A stretch of 64,000 nt of DNA from Acholeplasma sp. (lineage in GTDB: Bacteria > Bacillota_I > Bacilli_A > Acholeplasmatales > UBA5453), in NCBI GenBank assembly GCA_036677365.1, contig JAVBWN010000003.1:20678-84677 (forward strand). The letters run 5' to 3'. Positions 59,697-64,000 of this stretch are shown piece by piece (position 1 is the first letter of the stretch; every line of letters starts with the position of its first letter). The notes under the pieces are model-generated. The model worked only from the letters and a program-made list of their open reading frames with translations. It made no database searches and had not been told where the DNA came from. Both the position numbers and the translations under genes were made by a program.

Positions 59697-60959
59697 ATGG
59701 ACAGTGACAGTAGTAGTATCTATCTTATATTAATCATCATCAGCATCTTTTTATCCAGTTTCTTCTCAGCCACCGAGACTGCCTTTTCTTCCTATAATCG
59801 CATACGTATGAAAAATTTAAGCGAAAAAGGACATAAAAACGCAACCCTCGCATTGAAGTTATCGGAACGTTATGACGTGATTCTATCGACCATTTTGATT
59901 GGTAATAACATCGTCAATATTTTGAGTGCGTCTCTCGCAACCATTTTGTTTGTCAGTTTACTTGGCCAAGAATTTGGTGCAACCATCGCCACGGTGGTCA
60001 TCACCATCGTTGTTTTGATCTTTGGTGAAGTGACACCGAAATCGATTGCGAAAGAATACCCTGAAAAGTTTGCTATGTTTTCCGCACCGATTGTATTGGT
60101 GCTTGAAAAAGTATTCTTACCATTCAACTTTTTCTTTAAGCAATGGAAAGTGTTGATGTCTAAGATTGTCAAACCCAATGAAGATAGAAGCATCACTGAA
60201 GAAGAACTCTTGACCATCGTCGATGAAGCCCAAGAAGGTGGCGGTATCAACGAAACCGAAGGGACACTCATTCGTAGTGCGATTGAATTCTCTGAGTTAG
60301 AAGCTGTAGATATTTATACCCCGCGTATCGACATCGAATGTGTACCGATTGACGCTACGAATGCCGAAATTCAAAAAGTGTTTGTCGATACAGGCTACTC
60401 TAGATTACCTGTATATGAAGGCAATATCGACCACATCATCGGGATCATCAACCATAAAGACTTTTACAATTACGTATATACCTCCAATAAAAATATCCAA
60501 GACATCATTAAACCTGCGTTATACATCACCAAGAATAAAAAGATTGACGCATTGCTCAAAGAACTTCAAGTCAAAAAAATGCACATCGCCATCGTCTTAG
60601 ACGAGTTTGGTGGTACCGTCGGATTGGTAACTTTAGAAGATATCTTAGAAGAACTGGTCGGTGAAATTTGGGACGAACACGACACCATCATCCACGAGAT
60701 TGAAAAGATCAACGACCATGAGTATTTGGTCATGGGGAATGCGAACGTTGAAAAATTCTTTGAATTGATTGGTAAGGATGAAGAATTAGACGTCTTAACC
60801 GTCAACGGTTGGGTCGTCGAAACGATTGGTCATTTGCCAAGTGAAAAAGAAGTGTATCAGTCTAAAGACATCAAGTTCGAAATCATCAAAATGAACGGTA
60901 AGCGCATAGAACAAGTGAAAATCACCTTGATTCCATCCGCGGATGAACTCTATATGTAA
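59697..60959 (+). CDS. HlyC/CorC (CNNM) family transporter
   Basis: FFSATETA, GEVTPKS, a CBS pair, DEFGGTVGLVTLEDILEELVGEI. Confidence 0.93.
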   Translation: MDSDSSSIYLILIIISIFLSSFFSATETAFSSYNRIRMKNLSEKGHKNATLALKLSERYDVILSTILIGNNIVNILSASLATILFVSLLGQEFGATIATVVITIVVLIFGEVTPKSIAKEYPEKFAMFSAPIVLVLEKVFLPFNFFFKQWKVLMSKIVKPNEDRSITEEELLTIVDEAQEGGGINETEGTLIRSAIEFSELEAVDIYTPRIDIECVPIDATNAEIQKVFVDTGYSRLPVYEGNIDHIIGIINHKDFYNYVYTSNKNIQDIIKPALYITKNKKIDALLKELQVKKMHIAIVLDEFGGTVGLVTLEDILEELVGEIWDEHDTIIHEIEKINDHEYLVMGNANVEKFFELIGKDEELDVLTVNGWVVETIGHLPSEKEVYQSKDIKFEIIKMNGKRIEQVKITLIPSADELYM

Positions 60960-61046
60960 CCTTTAACAAGCCATTTGGCTTGTTTTTTTTCACTTATCGC
61001 TAGCTTCATGCTACAATGTGGGTAATAGAAAGAAAGGTGCTAACCT

Positions 61047-62447
61047 ATGCAACACACATTAAAGCGTAAGCTAGCTTTCGCTGCAGCCGACATTTTCGGT
61101 GGTGGTTCGTTTAACATCATCAATTTTCTTTACCCTGGATTTCTCGCATTGACCGTGGGGCTTTCCCCTTACTGGATTGGTCTGGTGATGCTCATCGCGA
61201 GAATTTGGGATGCTGTCACTGACCCATTGATGGGTTATATTTCAGATAGAACCCAATCCAAATGGGGTAAACGTCGAATTTATTTGATTTTCGCCAGCCC
61301 ACTGGTTTTAGTATCAATGTATTTATTATTTTTCCCATACAACATCTCTGACTTGGGGTTACGTGTCACTGCGGTACTCACTTCCTACTTGTTATTTACA
61401 ACCGTTCAAACCGCAGTCATGATTCCATATTATTCATTATCTTCAGAAGTATCCTCAGATTATCAACAACGTGCAAGCTATAATTCTTACCGCTTAGGCT
61501 TCTCAATCTTCTCATCGATCCTTTGTGTCGCTGTCCCTGGCATCATCGTCGGTTTGTTTGATGAAACCATCGGTTACCAAGTGATGAGTTTATCGTTTGG
61601 TACACTGTTCTTCTTATCGGTATTGTTCACCGGTTTATTTGTCAAAGAAGAAATCCAAACCAAACCACTACAATCCAAATTTAATGTCAAAGACATGGTT
61701 AAACCTTTGGTATTAAAACCATTCAGACAATATTTAGGGATGTTCCTTGTCCTTCAAATGGCGATGGCCATCATGAGTGGGTTGTTTTTCTTTTATGTGG
61801 ATTTTTACATCACCAAAGATTTAACTGCGGCTCAAGAGCCCACCGTGGTCGGTTTAATCTCTGCAGCACTCATGTTTTCGATGCAAATCGTGGCTTTACC
61901 TGTCTACATCAAAATGATTGAAAACAAAGGTAAAACCTATGCTTACCGATTTGGAGCGATTTTATGGATTTTAACTGCGCTATTTATTTTGGTCATTCCT
62001 GCCAACATCAACCCAGTCTTACTGTACGTGATTGCCGCTTTGATGGGGTTTGGTATTTCTGGTCCAGGGCTTGTACCACACACCATGTATGGCGATGTCG
62101 TCGATGCGGGGCAACTCTATTTCAATGACCGTTTGGATGGTCAAATGAGCGGGTTTACTAACTTCATCAACAAGGTGGCTCAAGCCTTAGGTTTGGCTTT
62201 GGTCATGGGGTTAATCGGTTTGGCGGGCTTCAAAGAAAGAGCCCCTGGGGCAGACCCCATTTTATCACAACCAGATTCGGCGATGAACGCGATTAAATTC
62301 ATCATGGCGTTCGCACCGCTAGTATTCATGACGATTGGGATTTTGATTTCACTCAAATATAAAATCGATGCGAAAAAACAGGCCGAAATCAAAGCAGCCA
62401 TCCTTCACCCTGAAAACAAAGCAGCGGTGCTTGAGTCGATCCAATGA
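61047..62447 (+). CDS. MFS glycoside-pentoside-hexuronide (MelB-like) transporter
   Basis: WDAVTDPLMGYISDRTQSKWGKRR, 12 TMs. Confidence 0.9.
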   Translation: MQHTLKRKLAFAAADIFGGGSFNIINFLYPGFLALTVGLSPYWIGLVMLIARIWDAVTDPLMGYISDRTQSKWGKRRIYLIFASPLVLVSMYLLFFPYNISDLGLRVTAVLTSYLLFTTVQTAVMIPYYSLSSEVSSDYQQRASYNSYRLGFSIFSSILCVAVPGIIVGLFDETIGYQVMSLSFGTLFFLSVLFTGLFVKEEIQTKPLQSKFNVKDMVKPLVLKPFRQYLGMFLVLQMAMAIMSGLFFFYVDFYITKDLTAAQEPTVVGLISAALMFSMQIVALPVYIKMIENKGKTYAYRFGAILWILTALFILVIPANINPVLLYVIAALMGFGISGPGLVPHTMYGDVVDAGQLYFNDRLDGQMSGFTNFINKVAQALGLALVMGLIGLAGFKERAPGADPILSQPDSAMNAIKFIMAFAPLVFMTIGILISLKYKIDAKKQAEIKAAILHPENKAAVLESIQ

Positions 62448-63607
62448 AAAAACCCAGTGGCGCGTTATTTTGGCCGCTCGGTGGATTACTGAAACTGTAT
62501 GCATTCGGTAAAGGCCAAAGAATCATCCATAAAGATCCCATCACCGGTCCGGCCATCACCCTATCCAACCATACCTCGTTTTATGATTTTATTTACACAA
62601 CCACAGCGTTATACCCGAAAAGAATGAATTACTTGGCTGCTCATAAAATGTTTTTTGATCCCCTATTAGGGCCATTTTTAAGGTTATCTAGAGCCATACC
62701 CAAAGCCCTTTTACAACCAGACGCTGTAGCAACCATCAAAGCCTTGAGGGTGCTTAAAAACAAAGGTATTTTATCGATTTTCCCAGAAGGTCAAATCTCA
62801 CCCTCGGGTCGATTCATGAAACCCACTTTTTCGGTGGCGAAACTCATCAAAAAAGCCAAAGTCGATGTCTTCATCGTCAAACACCAATTCCCATACTTGG
62901 TCAATCCACCTTGGACCAAAAAAACATTTAAAGGCAGAATGGATACGCAAGTCGTGAAACTGTTTGATCAAAATGACATTCCCAATTTATCTGAACAAGC
63001 GATTTATGAAGGTGTCGTTAAAGCCCTCTATCATAGCCCATATGAAGATAATTTAATCCAACAATACACCTACAAATTAAACGACATCCATGGCCTTGAA
63101 TATGTCTTAACCGAATGTCCAAAGTGTTTTAAAACGGGATTGATTTCACAAAAACACCAATTGAATTGTCCCCACTGTCAAGCCGTTTTTAAATACGATG
63201 CATACGGTAGAATTGACAATCAAGGGGTCGATGTCTATTATGAAGCCCAAAGACAACGCCTCATTCAAACGGTTCAAAAAAACCCAAACTACACTTTAGA
63301 AAGTCCTGTCCGTTTGGAAGGGTATCTAAACAAACGGGTTCAAACCCTCGGTGAAGGTCACTTAACGTTATCTAAAGCGGGGTACCATTTTGAAGGTAAA
63401 GTATTAGAAGAAGACAAAATCTACCATTTTGATGTTAAAGATGTTCCTACCTGTCCTTCCGATATTGGCAGAAACATCCAAATATATGAAGGGTATGAAC
63501 TCTATCAATTTGTGTTTGATGACCCCTATTTGCCTACCCAATTTGTTTTGTTGGGTGAAGTTTTACATGACCTCTATATCAGAAATCAAGAAGGAGAACT
63601 CATATGA
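62444..63607 (+). CDS. lysophospholipid acyltransferase (PlsC-like) with a Cys-rich C-domain
   Basis: NHTSFYD, IFPEG, CPKC/CPHC. Confidence 0.85.
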   Translation: MKKPSGALFWPLGGLLKLYAFGKGQRIIHKDPITGPAITLSNHTSFYDFIYTTTALYPKRMNYLAAHKMFFDPLLGPFLRLSRAIPKALLQPDAVATIKALRVLKNKGILSIFPEGQISPSGRFMKPTFSVAKLIKKAKVDVFIVKHQFPYLVNPPWTKKTFKGRMDTQVVKLFDQNDIPNLSEQAIYEGVVKALYHSPYEDNLIQQYTYKLNDIHGLEYVLTECPKCFKTGLISQKHQLNCPHCQAVFKYDAYGRIDNQGVDVYYEAQRQRLIQTVQKNPNYTLESPVRLEGYLNKRVQTLGEGHLTLSKAGYHFEGKVLEEDKIYHFDVKDVPTCPSDIGRNIQIYEGYELYQFVFDDPYLPTQFVLLGEVLHDLYIRNQEGELI

Positions 63608-63734
63608 CTGTAGATCAATACATTCAAAGTTTAGAAGAACCTCAACAATCGATCATGGTTGAAATCCGAAGACGCATGAAAGCTGCATTTCCGGATGCTA
63701 CTGAAGCCTTGTCTTATGGTGTACCTGCATTTAA
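63604..63734 (+). pseudogene. DUF1801/YdhG-like gene, 5' part, interrupted by an IS
   Basis: MTVDQYIQSLEEPQQ...FPDATEALSYGVPAF runs into the IS left end and stops at 63781-63783. Confidence 0.8.
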
Positions 63735-64000
63735 CAACACAATCAAGAAGTCCCCTACCTCTTTAGGTAGCGGGATGAATTGATTCGTAAAATTCTTTCA
63801 TATTTATTTCACAAAACCCATAAATAATGTTATAATATAGTTGAATAATCTCTATACATAAACACTATGAAAGGGCGGATTTGGTATGAACAAAGCTTTT
63901 AAGTTTCGAATCTATCCAAATGAATCTCAAAAGACTTTAATCCATATGACTCTAGGCCATAATCGCTTTCTCTGGAATAAGATGTTAGAAGATAAACAGA
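63735..64000 (+). mobile_element. IS200/IS605-family (IS1341-type) element: left end and start of tnpB, truncated by window
   Basis: Subterminal hairpin AATCAA..TCCCCTACCT-cttt-AGGTAGCGGGA..TTGATT, promoter TTCACA-17-TATAAT (63808-63836), then tnpB. No tnpA between the end and tnpB. Confidence 0.85.
63886..64000 (+). CDS. tnpB: TnpB RNA-guided endonuclease, N-terminus (partial)
   Basis: MNKAFKFRIYPNESQKTLIHMTLGHNRFLWNKMLEDKQ matches the HTH_OrfB_IS605 N-terminal pattern (K.R.YP...Q......G..RF..N). Confidence 0.88.
   Translation, partial: MNKAFKFRIYPNESQKTLIHMTLGHNRFLWNKMLEDKQ

Noticed and set aside
391..63662. Many short alternative-frame or antisense ORFs in the ORF track (e.g. 449-826, 42279-42674, 55203-55631, 59870-60271)
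   Set aside because: They overlap well-supported genes, lack RBSs and motifs, and look like shadow ORFs.
1..64000. CRISPR array, tRNA or rRNA genes
   Set aside because: No regularly spaced repeats and no cloverleaf or rRNA-like stretches were seen. The intergenic regions are short and mostly explained by promoters and terminators.
1..64000. Very frequent ATCGAT/TCGA words as a possible methylation or uptake signal
   Set aside because: Plausibly explained by the host preference for ATC followed by GAT/GAA codons. A codon-controlled count is needed and could not be run.

Overview
64-kb low-GC bacterial chromosome segment in standard genetic code (TGA is a stop, Trp is TGG). The gene content suggests an Acholeplasma/Izemoplasma-type mollicute; this is inference and was not verified. 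Most of the window is metabolic or housekeeping: four GGDEF proteins, a leucine dehydrogenase plus 2-oxoacid:ferredoxin oxidoreductase operon, GH5 and GH30 glucanases, several ABC systems, metNIQ under a compact SAM-I-like riboswitch, and hsp20 under a CIRCE operator. Three things stand out. (1) An AT-rich five-gene island (6080-12599) encodes a C5 methyltransferase, a lone non-catalytic-looking half of a Sau3AI-type endonuclease, a ParB-like protein, a PLD-SNF2 helicase and an orphan; it is a candidate undescribed RM-like defence system. (2) A gpx-ohrR-ribD-ribBA*-HAD operon has a RibB domain that has lost its catalytic residues and carries no ribH or ribE, so it is predicted to stop at 5-amino-6-ribitylaminouracil and is linked to peroxide-stress genes. 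(3) A tnpB-carrying IS200/IS605 (IS1341-type) element is inserted after TTTAA in a DUF1801 gene, and a 48-bp in-frame mini-derivative of it sits 6.4 kb upstream. Smaller items are a MITE-like insert inside a terminator, a probable leader-peptide attenuator, a terminator-flanked acquired gene and a ClbS/DfsB-nucleotidyltransferase fusion. All calls come from reading motifs by eye; no database searches were run.
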